DNA from: a virus
Lineage: Duplodnaviria; Caudoviricetes
Direction: 5' to 3' (one strand)
DNA length: 59,567 bases
IMG/VR virus record: IMGVR_UViG_3300027971_000004
Location: 1 to 59,567 of that record
In this document: in pieces, positions 17,096 through 24,915 of the stretch
Layout: each line of letters starts with the position of its first letter
Numbering within the stretch: the first letter of the stretch is position 1
Translations under genes and position numbers: made by a program
The notes under the pieces: generated by a model
Databases searched by the model: none
Told to the model about the DNA's origin: nothing
Seen by the model: only the letters and a program-made list of their open reading frames with translations

Positions 17096-17594
17096 CGACA
17101 GCCTCCGCTACTTGGCGCAGGGCCGACTGGAAGTCATCTTCTAAGATGTCGTTCTTGGCCTGGTTGATTATCCAAAGAACAACTCGGCAGTTGTCTGGCG
17201 TGTAACCCTTGCTGCTGTCGATGCGATCAATTGACGGCATGAATGGATGTCGCCTGACGTTAAGAACAAAAACAATTCCTGTGACCTCGCACGTGCAGGC
17301 CAGTAATTTCTGCCGAAACCACTCAAGCGCAAGCCCAAACTCTAGCGATCTATGCTTCGCCCGGCTTTTGCATTGCTGAAACATTGCTGCAGCCAAGTCC
17401 CGATCTTTCCACGCTCCGCGCGTTCTTCTTCTGCGAGCTTTATTTTTTTCATCCTTCTGATATTCGGAGTCACAGCGCCTGCAACTGCCCTGTAGACCGT
17501 CAGCCTTACTGTTGTTCCTGTTAAAGTCCGAGCGGGGTCTTTCCCGCCCTTGACACAATGGCCCGTTGCAAACCTTGGTTGCCTCGGCGTACAT
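17082..17594 (-). CDS. HNH-like (DRID..KGY..DN) endonuclease with N-terminal Zn finger
   Basis: SIDRIDSSKGYTPDNCRVV...NQAK; AGGAG RBS; AT-richer. Confidence 0.82.
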   Translation of the reverse strand: MYAEATKVCNGPLCQGRERPRSDFNRNNSKADGLQGSCRRCDSEYQKDEKNKARRRRTRGAWKDRDLAAAMFQQCKSRAKHRSLEFGLALEWFRQKLLACTCEVTGIVFVLNVRRHPFMPSIDRIDSSKGYTPDNCRVVLWIINQAKNDILEDDFQSALRQVAEAVVERC

Positions 17595-17599
17595 GCTCC

Positions 17600-17990
17600 T
17601 TCACGCTTCCACCTCCGTGGGTTGGGCGGGAGTGTACAGGCGATCACGCCCCAGTCAAACGTAGACCGTGCAGAGGCGCAGTTGACTCCCAGCAAAAATG
17701 CCGGAAGTCAATCGCTTAGACCGCGCTTTCGGCGGCAGCGACTGGATGCTGATTGTTTAACGCCGTTGTATCCATTTCTCCCAGACACGGCGCTTGCGGT
17801 TGGCTGTAGCCCGGGGCAGGCGGAGTCACCAGTTCCCACCCCTCAGTCGCAAGAGTTCGGATGGATTGCCTTGCGGGCGGGTCACATCCGTGTTGCCCCC
17901 TCTTGTCGCATCCCATACGGGACCAGTTGGCGGGGGGCCGATCTGCAGGCCAGGTGCCCATCCGTGGGCTATGTAAGGGCGGCAGTCTAC
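17600..17990 (-). ncRNA. Candidate large structured non-coding RNA
   Basis: The one long gap in a tightly packed operon; many nested helices with G-U pairs and GNRA loops on the minus strand (see findings). Confidence 0.55.
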
Positions 17991-18250
17991 CTGAGACTGT
18001 CCTTATGTCCAGTGTCTTCTAAGGCCCCTGGCGTGCGTTCTACGGGGCGTTTGGGTTCCGGGATACCGTACATGGCGTTCCCGGCTATTCGGATTTCTGA
18101 GGCGTCTACGTGCGTCACGCGGCCATCCCCAGTCAAATGTACAACCCAGACGGTGTTAATGTGGGGGCCGTAGTCAATGACGAGCAGGGCGATCCCGTCC
18201 CCGAGAGGGCAGGTAACCCAGATCGGCGGGTCCAGCTGGCAGATAGTCAC
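17987..18250 (-). CDS. Conserved-type phage hypothetical protein
   Basis: QLDPPIWVTCPLGDG.A..IDYG motif; coupled start. Confidence 0.7.
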   Translation of the reverse strand: MTICQLDPPIWVTCPLGDGIALLVIDYGPHINTVWVVHLTGDGRVTHVDASEIRIAGNAMYGIPEPKRPVERTPGALEDTGHKDSLR

Positions 18251-18474
18251 TCGGCCAGCCTCCAGGCTTCCTCGGCGTCGAACACGTTCGGCGCCCGCTC
18301 CCCGGCCAAGGACATGTCCACCACCCCCGGGTAGTGACGCATGAGCCTGCGGGCCTCCTCGCGTACGTGGCGGGGAACTCTCTTAAAACCATCCGGCAGG
18401 GCGGGGTTCATCAGCCGCAGGAGAAAGTCCCTGGTGCTAAGGACTGATCGGGTTCGCTGGCTTGGAAGAGTCAT
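18247..18474 (-). CDS. BPSL0761-like protein
   Basis: MTLPxQRTRxVLxTRxFL...VPxxVRxEARxLMRHYP. Confidence 0.7.
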   Translation of the reverse strand: MTLPSQRTRSVLSTRDFLLRLMNPALPDGFKRVPRHVREEARRLMRHYPGVVDMSLAGERAPNVFDAEEAWRLAE

Positions 18475-18746
18475 TTGGTTCTCTCCAGCAGTGAGCGGAG
18501 CGTGGCGGCACTTGCGTAACTCTTCGCGTCAATGAAGTCTGCAGCCGCCTCAATCGCCTGCCGCTCCTCGTCGGTGAGCGTGGGCGGAGTCAGGGAACAG
18601 TACTGAGTTGTAGTGCCGACAACGTACGGACACGGGGCCTTACGCAGCCGCTCAATCTCGTCAGCAGCCTCATCCATGAGGTCGGAAGCCGAGACTGAAT
18701 CGACTGCGTGAACCCAGCGTCGGAGCCGGGTGACGATGTCTGTCAT
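18471..18746 (-). CDS. Hypothetical phage protein
   Basis: DIVTRLR...EAADEIERLR; shares its C-terminus with the next gene. Confidence 0.75.
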   Translation of the reverse strand: MTDIVTRLRRWVHAVDSVSASDLMDEAADEIERLRKAPCPYVVGTTTQYCSLTPPTLTDEERQAIEAAADFIDAKSYASAATLRSLLERTK

Positions 18747-19033
18747 TTCATTCGCTCCAGAAGGCCGCTCAAAGTCAATCCTGTCTGGGTGCCAATGTAG
18801 AACTCGCTCGCCTCAGTGAGGGCACGCCGCTCCTTGTCAGTCAGGTGCTTGCCGTCGATGCACAACGCCTGCATTTTCTGGTAACCCTCTATCAGGGCAC
18901 TCATCTGTTTGCTGTCCTCTTCCCTTTGCCGGCGGAGGTCGGCAATCTCCTGCGCTCCTTCCAGCAGCAGCTCGGCCGGTTCTTCCCGTGGACGCTTGGC
19001 TGCCCACATGGACATGCGGTCTTCAATCTTCAT
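18743..19033 (-). CDS. Hypothetical phage protein (paralog of 18471..18746)
   Basis: LTDKERRAL...TLSGLLERMK vs LTDEERQAI...TLRSLLERTK. Confidence 0.7.
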   Translation of the reverse strand: MKIEDRMSMWAAKRPREEPAELLLEGAQEIADLRRQREEDSKQMSALIEGYQKMQALCIDGKHLTDKERRALTEASEFYIGTQTGLTLSGLLERMK

Positions 19034-19121
19034 GGTTGCTCAAGATGATGAGGAGGATGACTATGATCAGGAGGAACATGGTGAACGTGCCTTCGCCTAT
19101 GGTGTCGATGAACGTCAGCAT
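19023..19121 (-). CDS. 32-aa single-TM peptide
   Basis: MLTFIDTIGEGTFTMFLLIIVILLIILSNHED fills the operon gap. Confidence 0.5.
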   Translation of the reverse strand: MLTFIDTIGEGTFTMFLLIIVILLIILSNHED

Positions 19122-19255
19122 GATCCCCACGCATTAATGACCTTGGCCTGGAGGCTTGCGATCTCGGCCTCCAAAGTCTGGATGCGTCTTCGCAACGTAG
19201 CGTTCTCGTTCTTCAATCGCTCCACCTCCTGAGAGGAATAGTCCTGCGTCTCCAT
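19115..19255 (-). CDS. Small coiled-coil protein
   Basis: EVERLKNENATLRRRIQTLEAEIASLQAK. Confidence 0.55.
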   Translation of the reverse strand: METQDYSSQEVERLKNENATLRRRIQTLEAEIASLQAKVINAWGSC

Positions 19256-19739
19256 CGACAAGGTCCAGATAGTGATGTGGGTATAGGAGGTCTGTGAGTT
19301 GGCTGGCTGGTCGGAGGAACTTCTTCGGGGCAACGAGGGTCGGAACGTCATGCCCTCGCCCTCGGTCGAAGACAGTCTGTTCCTTCCAACTGTTGTCCCG
19401 ATCAAGGGGAGTGAGCCACACCCACTCTCCTGTTGGCCGGGAGATGTAGATGTAGGCGAGGTGCTGCAGTCGCTCGCGTCCAAGTCCTCGCATGTCATCA
19501 ACAAAGACGGTGTCATATGGGTAATCCTCCGGGGAAGTGAAAGTTAGGGACCGCTCCTTGATCTCCAAGCTGAACAAGCCCAGTGCATCGGGCGTCTCAA
19601 CGTGGTCCTTGTTCTTGTTGTGAACCTTTACAACGATCTTCTTGCCGTGGGCCGCTGACCTGCCTGCCTCGCGAACAGACTCAACCCAGTTACGCTCGGC
19701 TCTGTGCCCGCCCTCAAGCGCACTCTTGAACGAACGCAT
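19134..19739 (-). CDS. PD-(D/E)XK nuclease-like protein
   Basis: GHRAE...TPDA...LEIKER; GGAG RBS before ATG 19739. Confidence 0.7.
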   Translation of the reverse strand: MRSFKSALEGGHRAERNWVESVREAGRSAAHGKKIVVKVHNKNKDHVETPDALGLFSLEIKERSLTFTSPEDYPYDTVFVDDMRGLGRERLQHLAYIYISRPTGEWVWLTPLDRDNSWKEQTVFDRGRGHDVPTLVAPKKFLRPASQLTDLLYPHHYLDLVDGDAGLFLSGGGAIEERERYVAKTHPDFGGRDRKPPGQGH

Positions 19740-20196
19740 TGAGTTCTCTCCGGTGTGACGGGAGCCGGGACCGATACGTGCCGGCGACACGCAGGGCTTC
19801 GGCTTGCTCAAGGATTTCCGTGGGAGTCGGATCGCCAGGCTGAAGCCCATCGTCCAAGTACTCAAGGTCCCAGCGGATCGGCTCGGCCTCGCGGAGTTCG
19901 ACCGCACGCTCGCGGACCAGATAGGCCCAGCGAGGAGAGCGGCCAAAGATTTCAGCGATGTCCCGGTTGTCCAGCCCGCAGTCACGCATCACCACCAGGG
20001 CGAGTCGCTCAGGGCTTGGCTTGGCAGGCAAGCTCCTTAGCAGACGGACGGCCCCCTTGGTCTGCTGGATGTCCAGCCCCAAGCTCTCCGCCACTGCGGT
20101 CGCTGACTCCTGATTGATCAGCACTCGGCGGTGCAGCTCGTCTGCGAAAGCCAAAGCATGCCGCAATCGAATCTCGCCATCGTTTCCAAAAACCAT
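19714..20196 (-). CDS. Double-HTH transcriptional regulator
   Basis: SATAVAESLGLD and DNRDIAEIFGRSPRWA; AGGAGG RBS. Confidence 0.7.
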   Translation of the reverse strand: MVFGNDGEIRLRHALAFADELHRRVLINQESATAVAESLGLDIQQTKGAVRLLRSLPAKPSPERLALVVMRDCGLDNRDIAEIFGRSPRWAYLVRERAVELREAEPIRWDLEYLDDGLQPGDPTPTEILEQAEALRVAGTYRSRLPSHRRELNAFVQECA

Positions 20197-20311
20197 CTCT
20201 CTTCTCCTCCTTGAGAAACTCGGTAGGGAACACATGCTCAACATCGAACTGATTCAGAATCGCATCGACCGTCTCATCCAAGAGAAAGTCAGGACGCTTG
20301 GGGGATTCCAT
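20009..20311 (-). CDS. Hypothetical protein
   Basis: GAGG RBS; overlaps the helicase end and the regulator start. Confidence 0.5.
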   Translation of the reverse strand: MESPKRPDFLLDETVDAILNQFDVEHVFPTEFLKEEKRDGFWKRWRDSIAACFGFRRRAAPPSADQSGVSDRSGGELGAGHPADQGGRPSAKELACQAKP

Positions 20312-21332
20312 GTCGCCTCTCCCACTCCCTACAGAACAGACCCTTCACCCATCCGCTGATGCTCGGTGCATCACATGCCCATCGGATGTAGTGATCTGGA
20401 AGCTGGCTCATCTTCAGCCCGCCGTACTTGCCCCGGAGAGGGTTCGTATACGTGCCGACCGGCCTCTTGCCCTTCCATGTAATGTCGATCTCTTGGCTGG
20501 CCACCCGGCCAAAGCCCCGGCCTTGCGTGTTCTTCCGCATGGCTTCGATGGCCTTGGCGGATGCGATCCGCTCGGCCTCCTTGGCGGCGATGTCAGCCAT
20601 CTCCTCGGCAGTCAGTGGCTTCTTGGATTCAGCAGCCGCCTTCTTGACTACCTTCTTCACTTCCTCGTCGGCGGCAGGGCAGAACATGTCCACGCTGGTG
20701 ACGAGCGAGTGGTCGATGCTGCCCGTGGTGCAGTCCACTATCTTGAAGTGCTTCTTCGCACTTGCGGAGACGGCAGCTCGTCGGCTATCTGGCGTACTGC
20801 CCTCAAAATCAACAACGCCCGGTAGCGGACGAGTGGCTCGTCCCACGCACTGCAGCCAGAAGGACCTTGAGCGGGTGGGCCTTCCCAGAATAAGGGTTGC
20901 TGTAGGGGGGTAATCGAAGCCAACGGCAACGACTTGGCAGTTGCACAGGACCTTGGCCTCGCCTGACTTAAACGCTCGGAGTGCCTCACGCCTCTCCTCC
21001 TCGGGCTGTGTGCCGTACACGTACACGGCAGGGATGCCGTAGTTGTTGTTGAGGTAGTGGGCCGCAGCCTTCGATGACGAGACAGATGCCGTGAAGAGGA
21101 CGGTCTGGCCCTCCATCTCCTCCGCCGTGATCAGGCACAGGCGTTGGATGTTGGATTCCTTATTCAACTCGGCCTGTAGGGCCTGCTGCTGGAAGTCACC
21201 GCCAACGATCTTGATGCCTGACAGGTCCAAGGATTCCACCCGTGCTAGTTTGCAGACGGGGGAAACAGCCCACCCGTATTCGATGGCCCACCGCAGGTCG
21301 TATCCGCCGACGAGTTCTTCGTAGAATTGCAT
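20289..21332 (-). CDS. SF2 helicase, C-terminal (RecA2/HELICc) half
   Basis: TVLFTAS, VLCNCQVVAVGFDYP, RPTRS...QCVGRATR (motif VI); AGGAG 6 nt before ATG. Confidence 0.9.
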   Translation of the reverse strand: MQFYEELVGGYDLRWAIEYGWAVSPVCKLARVESLDLSGIKIVGGDFQQQALQAELNKESNIQRLCLITAEEMEGQTVLFTASVSSSKAAAHYLNNNYGIPAVYVYGTQPEEERREALRAFKSGEAKVLCNCQVVAVGFDYPPTATLILGRPTRSRSFWLQCVGRATRPLPGVVDFEGSTPDSRRAAVSASAKKHFKIVDCTTGSIDHSLVTSVDMFCPAADEEVKKVVKKAAAESKKPLTAEEMADIAAKEAERIASAKAIEAMRKNTQGRGFGRVASQEIDITWKGKRPVGTYTNPLRGKYGGLKMSQLPDHYIRWACDAPSISGWVKGLFCREWERRHGIPQAS

Positions 21333-21835
21333 GCTTCACTCCTGAGCATTGGCTTGCCGTCCATCCGAAATGGCGTGGCTGTAAAGCCAGCGACCATTGC
21401 CCCCTTCGATTGGAAATGCGTGAGCATCTCCACCACCGCCTCACTGCACATCATGTGTGCTTCATCAACGATCACCAGTTGGAAATCATCGAACCTCTCG
21501 TAACGCTTCTGCCCGCCCCTCCGGGAAAGCAGCGTTTGCTTCGATGCCACCACCACCTTGGGCGAGAACCAGTCATCGGCACCCGCCCTGTACTCAGCCA
21601 TCTCAATGTCAGGGTCTTCCCCGAGGATGTCCCTGACCTTGTCCACTGCCTGCCACAGAAGTTCCTTGAGCGGGACGATGATGAGCGTGCGGCCCGGGAT
21701 TCGATTGGCCAGGCTGCAGAACACCACCGTCTTCCCCGCTCCCGTGAACATGGGGTTGAGCGTGGACTTCACTCCGCGTTCCATCGCGGCGATGTTGTCG
21801 CCCACCACTTGCTCTTGATAGTCACGTAGTTGCAT
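21245..21835 (-). CDS. SF2 helicase, N-terminal (DEAH ATPase) half
   Basis: LRDYQ, TGAGKT, IVDEAH, GFTATP. Confidence 0.92.
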   Translation of the reverse strand: MQLRDYQEQVVGDNIAAMERGVKSTLNPMFTGAGKTVVFCSLANRIPGRTLIIVPLKELLWQAVDKVRDILGEDPDIEMAEYRAGADDWFSPKVVVASKQTLLSRRGGQKRYERFDDFQLVIVDEAHMMCSEAVVEMLTHFQSKGAMVAGFTATPFRMDGKPMLRSEACNSTKNSSADTTCGGPSNTGGLFPPSAN

Positions 21836-21855
21836 GTCTCATTCCTTTGAGAAGA

Positions 21856-21890
21856 CCTGGGGGCTGGGCGGAGGGTTCCCAGCCCCCAGG
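21856..21890 (-). terminator. 13-bp perfect hairpin after ssb (terminator or processing site)
   Basis: CCTGGGGGCTGGG/CCCAGCCCCCAGG with only a weak U-tract. Confidence 0.6.
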
Positions 21891-21914
21891 CGGCGCGCAC
21901 TTTCTTCCTTCAAA

Positions 21915-22256
21915 TCACCTAAAGTCCGAGAACGATTCCTCCAAGGCCGGCTCTTCACGGCGCTTCCCGCCGCAGAGCTGCACCTTCATCACCTTGATGA
22001 TCTTCTTCGACTTCTTCTCGCCGTCCTTCTCCCAAGACTGCGTCTGAATCTCACCTTCCACCAGCACCTGAGTGCCGCGGACGAGGTACTCAACGACGCC
22101 ACCGGGCTTCCACATCTCGCAGTCGAAGTACTCAACCGAGTCCTTGTAGCCATTGACCGCGAGGCTGAACTTCGCAACCTCGTTCTCGCCGGCCATGCGA
22201 CTCTCGGCATCCTTGGTCAGATTGCCGAGACAGATGAAACGCTGGTAACCGCTCAT
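21915..22256 (-). CDS. ssb: Single-stranded DNA-binding protein
   Basis: GNLTKDAE, FSLAVN, GTQVLVEGEIQTQSWEKDG; acidic tail. Confidence 0.95.
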   Translation of the reverse strand: MSGYQRFICLGNLTKDAESRMAGENEVAKFSLAVNGYKDSVEYFDCEMWKPGGVVEYLVRGTQVLVEGEIQTQSWEKDGEKKSKKIIKVMKVQLCGGKRREEPALEESFSDFR

Positions 22257-22891
22257 GCTTGAACCTCCCAGACCTTCTTGAATTCGGCCTCAACCCTGTG
22301 GAACACTTCCGCAGGGACGGCCTTCTCCTTCGCACGGAGACGCACCATGTCTAGATGCTTCTTCGCGTGATCCTTACTCTCGGCCTCGTTGATCGCCTTG
22401 ATCGCACCCTGCTGGTAGGCAAGGCTCTTGGCGTCCACCTTCGGCTCTGACTTCTTCTGCGGCTGCTGCTCACCAAGGCTGTTGCCGTCATCGTCAGCCT
22501 CGCCACTGAACCCGCCGCACAGAGCCATCAGTAGCGTCCGCTTGGCGTAGGTCATCGCCGCCCCAAAGGACTGCATGTCGGTCTTTCCCATGAACAAAGG
22601 GGCGGCACCGCTGATCCACTGGCCTGACGAATGACGCAGGGTTCCAACGACGAGCCACTGACCACCAACAAGGCCGGGTCGGAAGTCAGGGAGACTCAGC
22701 CCGTTCTTGGTGAGCGGCCCGCGGAGCGAGTCGCAGCACTGTGCATATGAAGCAAACTTGCTTTTGAAGTGCGGGTTCGCACTGTCATAGGCAACGATGG
22801 GATACTCGGCCTGGGCCTTGGCAAGAGCCTTGGTCAACTCCGATGTCTCGGGCGAACAACTCGGCCCGAGGATGTTGTTGTCGTAATTCAT
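22253..22891 (-). CDS. erf: ERF-family ssDNA-annealing protein
   Basis: ALAKAQ, NPHFKSKFA, HSSGQW, QSFGAAMTYAKR, DDDGN. Confidence 0.92.
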   Translation of the reverse strand: MNYDNNILGPSCSPETSELTKALAKAQAEYPIVAYDSANPHFKSKFASYAQCCDSLRGPLTKNGLSLPDFRPGLVGGQWLVVGTLRHSSGQWISGAAPLFMGKTDMQSFGAAMTYAKRTLLMALCGGFSGEADDDGNSLGEQQPQKKSEPKVDAKSLAYQQGAIKAINEAESKDHAKKHLDMVRLRAKEKAVPAEVFHRVEAEFKKVWEVQA

Positions 22892-23739
22892 ACCTCTACG
22901 TACTCCTCTTCCTTCTTTGCCCACGCCGGGACAACGAGTTCCGTGATCTCGTTTGCGTCAGCGGGCATATACATGCCCGTGGAGCGGCGTAGACGAACCT
23001 CCTCCATGGTGTTGAGCATCCGGCGCCCGGCTGCCTCAACAAGTTCAACTGGCAGATAGAAGACCTTGCAGCCGTAGGGCGGCATGGTCTGCACAAAAAC
23101 GAATGGCATGCGGAAGTGCGGCAGGCCGATGGCCTTGGCAGACTCCACGTACAGCCACTCCTGCTCGTAGTAGCCGTAGTCCCTCGCACTGAAGAAGAGC
23201 TTCTCCCATGGCTGGGATGTGGTCTTGAGGTCCCACCACAACTCTGGGCAGCATGCGTCCGGGCGGGTCTTGAGCGGATGGCCGTCTATCTCAAAGAACA
23301 CTGAGACTTGCGTCTCGGTGGTCCGCTTCATCAGGTCATAGGCAGCGTCGTTGCCCAGCATTGAGCCGTGCATCTGCTTGTAGGCCCACAACTGATCAGG
23401 CGTGCAGATGATGGCCGTCTGCTGGGCAGCCCACTCCCTGTAGGCATTGGTCGTTCGGGAGCCACCCTTCCCAAGCACATCGTCCGGGGGGGTGACCACC
23501 ATGTCCTCAAACCGCTTGCCGCCGAGGATGCCGGTGATGATCTCGTCAAACTCAGACCCCTTGGAGGTCCCTGAGTTGCCACCGAAAAACGTCTTGCCCT
23601 GCTCCAGCCACAGCTGCACCTCGCCGCCGTGCTTGGCGACCGTGTGCAGGAAGGACCGTGAGTCGAAGTCCGACTCCATCCGGTACGCCTGATTGCTCAT
23701 GCCGATCACCTTGGTCGGCAGTTCTTTGATAGTGGTCAT
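22888..23739 (-). CDS. RecE/ExoVIII-like PD-(D/E)XK exonuclease
   Basis: KTRPD...DLKTT...YGYYEQ; adjacent to ERF; GGAGG RBS. Confidence 0.85.
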   Translation of the reverse strand: MTTIKELPTKVIGMSNQAYRMESDFDSRSFLHTVAKHGGEVQLWLEQGKTFFGGNSGTSKGSEFDEIITGILGGKRFEDMVVTPPDDVLGKGGSRTTNAYREWAAQQTAIICTPDQLWAYKQMHGSMLGNDAAYDLMKRTTETQVSVFFEIDGHPLKTRPDACCPELWWDLKTTSQPWEKLFFSARDYGYYEQEWLYVESAKAIGLPHFRMPFVFVQTMPPYGCKVFYLPVELVEAAGRRMLNTMEEVRLRRSTGMYMPADANEITELVVPAWAKKEEEYVEV

Positions 23740-23824
23740 CCGTACACCTCCAGAAAATGAAAGCCCCATCCGTGGGGCAGGGTCGATCCTTCAATCCCCG
23801 TCCTTGGGGCAGAACTCCTTGATC
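23737..23824 (-). promoter_or_regulatory. Leader with clustered ANGGA-loop hairpins (CsrA/RsmA-type sites)
   Basis: CCCC-AAGGAC-GGGG, TTGA-AGGA-TCGA, GCCCCA-CGGA-TGGGGC, plus ACGGATG over the start codon. Confidence 0.6.
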
Positions 23825-24006
23825 GCTTCGCCCAGATGTCCAAGCACCAGCAAGGTGCAGACGAGGCCCAATCGGTTGAGCCAGAGGGCAGTGGTCAGGG
23901 CGGCGAGAAACGCCAGCCGTAGGATTCGGTGATCCCGAAGGACGCACCAAACTAGGGCACTCCGGAGAGTGCTATAGACAATTGAGCTAGGGGTGCCTGT
24001 AAACAT
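23791..24006 (-). CDS. Possible small membrane protein (leaderless)
   Basis: ATG 7 nt after a TATAAT box; two hydrophobic stretches. Confidence 0.4.
   Translation of the reverse strand: MFTGTPSSIVYSTLRSALVWCVLRDHRILRLAFLAALTTALWLNRLGLVCTLLVLGHLGEAIKEFCPKDGD
23979..23996 (-). other. tRNA-Arg-like 5' fragment, candidate attP core
   Basis: GCACCCCTAGCTCAATTG resembles an acceptor 5' strand plus D-arm start; about 95 bp from the integrase start. Confidence 0.55.
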
Positions 24007-24012
24007 GTTCGG

Positions 24013-24041
24013 ATTATACGAACTTTGCAGGGGGGTATGAA
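24013..24041 (-). promoter_or_regulatory. Leftward sigma70-type promoter
   Basis: TTCATA-17 nt-TATAAT; the -10 box is bracketed by the dyad GTTCG-N7-CGAAC (24007-24023). Confidence 0.55.
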
Positions 24042-24090
24042 ATGCCTCGGACTTCGGGAAAAACACTCGCCACCATCGGGGGGCTTTCCC

Positions 24091-24915
24091 ATGCTGCTTT
24101 ACCACTTCGCACTTGACTACGCTATGAAGTCCGGGGCTTCCGCCGGGTACGCGGAGCAGCTTCGCGTCCTGACCAAAAGACTGCCGTGGCAGGTCAGCGA
24201 ACTGACCATTAGCAACATCGACGGCTACCTGACTCAGGCTCTCCATATCCTCGCTCCTCAGACTGTCCAGAACCACAGGAGGATGTTGATCACCCTCCGC
24301 CGTGCTGCCCTCCGAGGCAACCTGCTGGTGGACGATTGTACAGGCGAGGTTCGCCGTGTCAAGTGCCCTCGTCCGTTGCCCCGTGCGTGGAGCCATGAGG
24401 AGATACGAAGATTGATACAAGCTGCCGGGGAAATGCCGGGTGGCACCCAGAAATGTAGATGGAAGATTCTGCTTCCAGCTTGGATTCTGGTGGCCTACAG
24501 CAGCGGTCTTCGGCTCGGAGATATGCTGACGCTGCGACATGATTCCATCCGTGGAGCCAGAGTTGCGTTGGTGATGGCCAAGACAGCCCGCCCGCATGTA
24601 GTCATGCTGGACAGCGCCGCCCTCCAGGCCATCGCATCCCTCCCAATCTCAGGCCCCCTTATCTTCGGGGGTCTGGTTGGGCGGTGCGTACTTATACGGG
24701 CGTTCAGGAGACTTGTCAAGCGGGCCGGAATGGCCGGGTCAGGGCGGTTTCTTCGCCGCTCGTCCGCGACCTATGCTGCCATAGCCGGGATGAACCCCTC
24801 GGACCACCTCGGGCACCTCACCCCCGGACTCGCACAGCGGTGCTATGTCGATCCGGTCTTGGTGGCAGAGTTGAAGAACCCAGTGCCGTCAGTCGCGCTA
24901 GCCGTTGATCCCTAG
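24091..24915 (+). CDS. int: Tyrosine recombinase/integrase
   Basis: YSSGLRLGD (Arg), KT, RFLRRS, LGH, RCY (Tyr); start could be 24038. Confidence 0.9.
   Translation: MLLYHFALDYAMKSGASAGYAEQLRVLTKRLPWQVSELTISNIDGYLTQALHILAPQTVQNHRRMLITLRRAALRGNLLVDDCTGEVRRVKCPRPLPRAWSHEEIRRLIQAAGEMPGGTQKCRWKILLPAWILVAYSSGLRLGDMLTLRHDSIRGARVALVMAKTARPHVVMLDSAALQAIASLPISGPLIFGGLVGRCVLIRAFRRLVKRAGMAGSGRFLRRSSATYAAIAGMNPSDHLGHLTPGLAQRCYVDPVLVAELKNPVPSVALAVDP

Noticed and set aside
17600-17990. Group I intron, retron or CRISPR
   Set aside because: No P7 core seen and no interrupted host gene; no reverse transcriptase recognised in the genome; no repeat-spacer periodicity.
17550-18173. ORFs 17550..18173 (+) and 17716..17961 (-) as genes
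   Set aside because: No RBS or protein-like features; the first is antisense to the operon.
23944-23996. Intact tRNA gene
   Set aside because: No T arm (GTTCRA), no CCA and only about 53 nt; kept as an att-like fragment.
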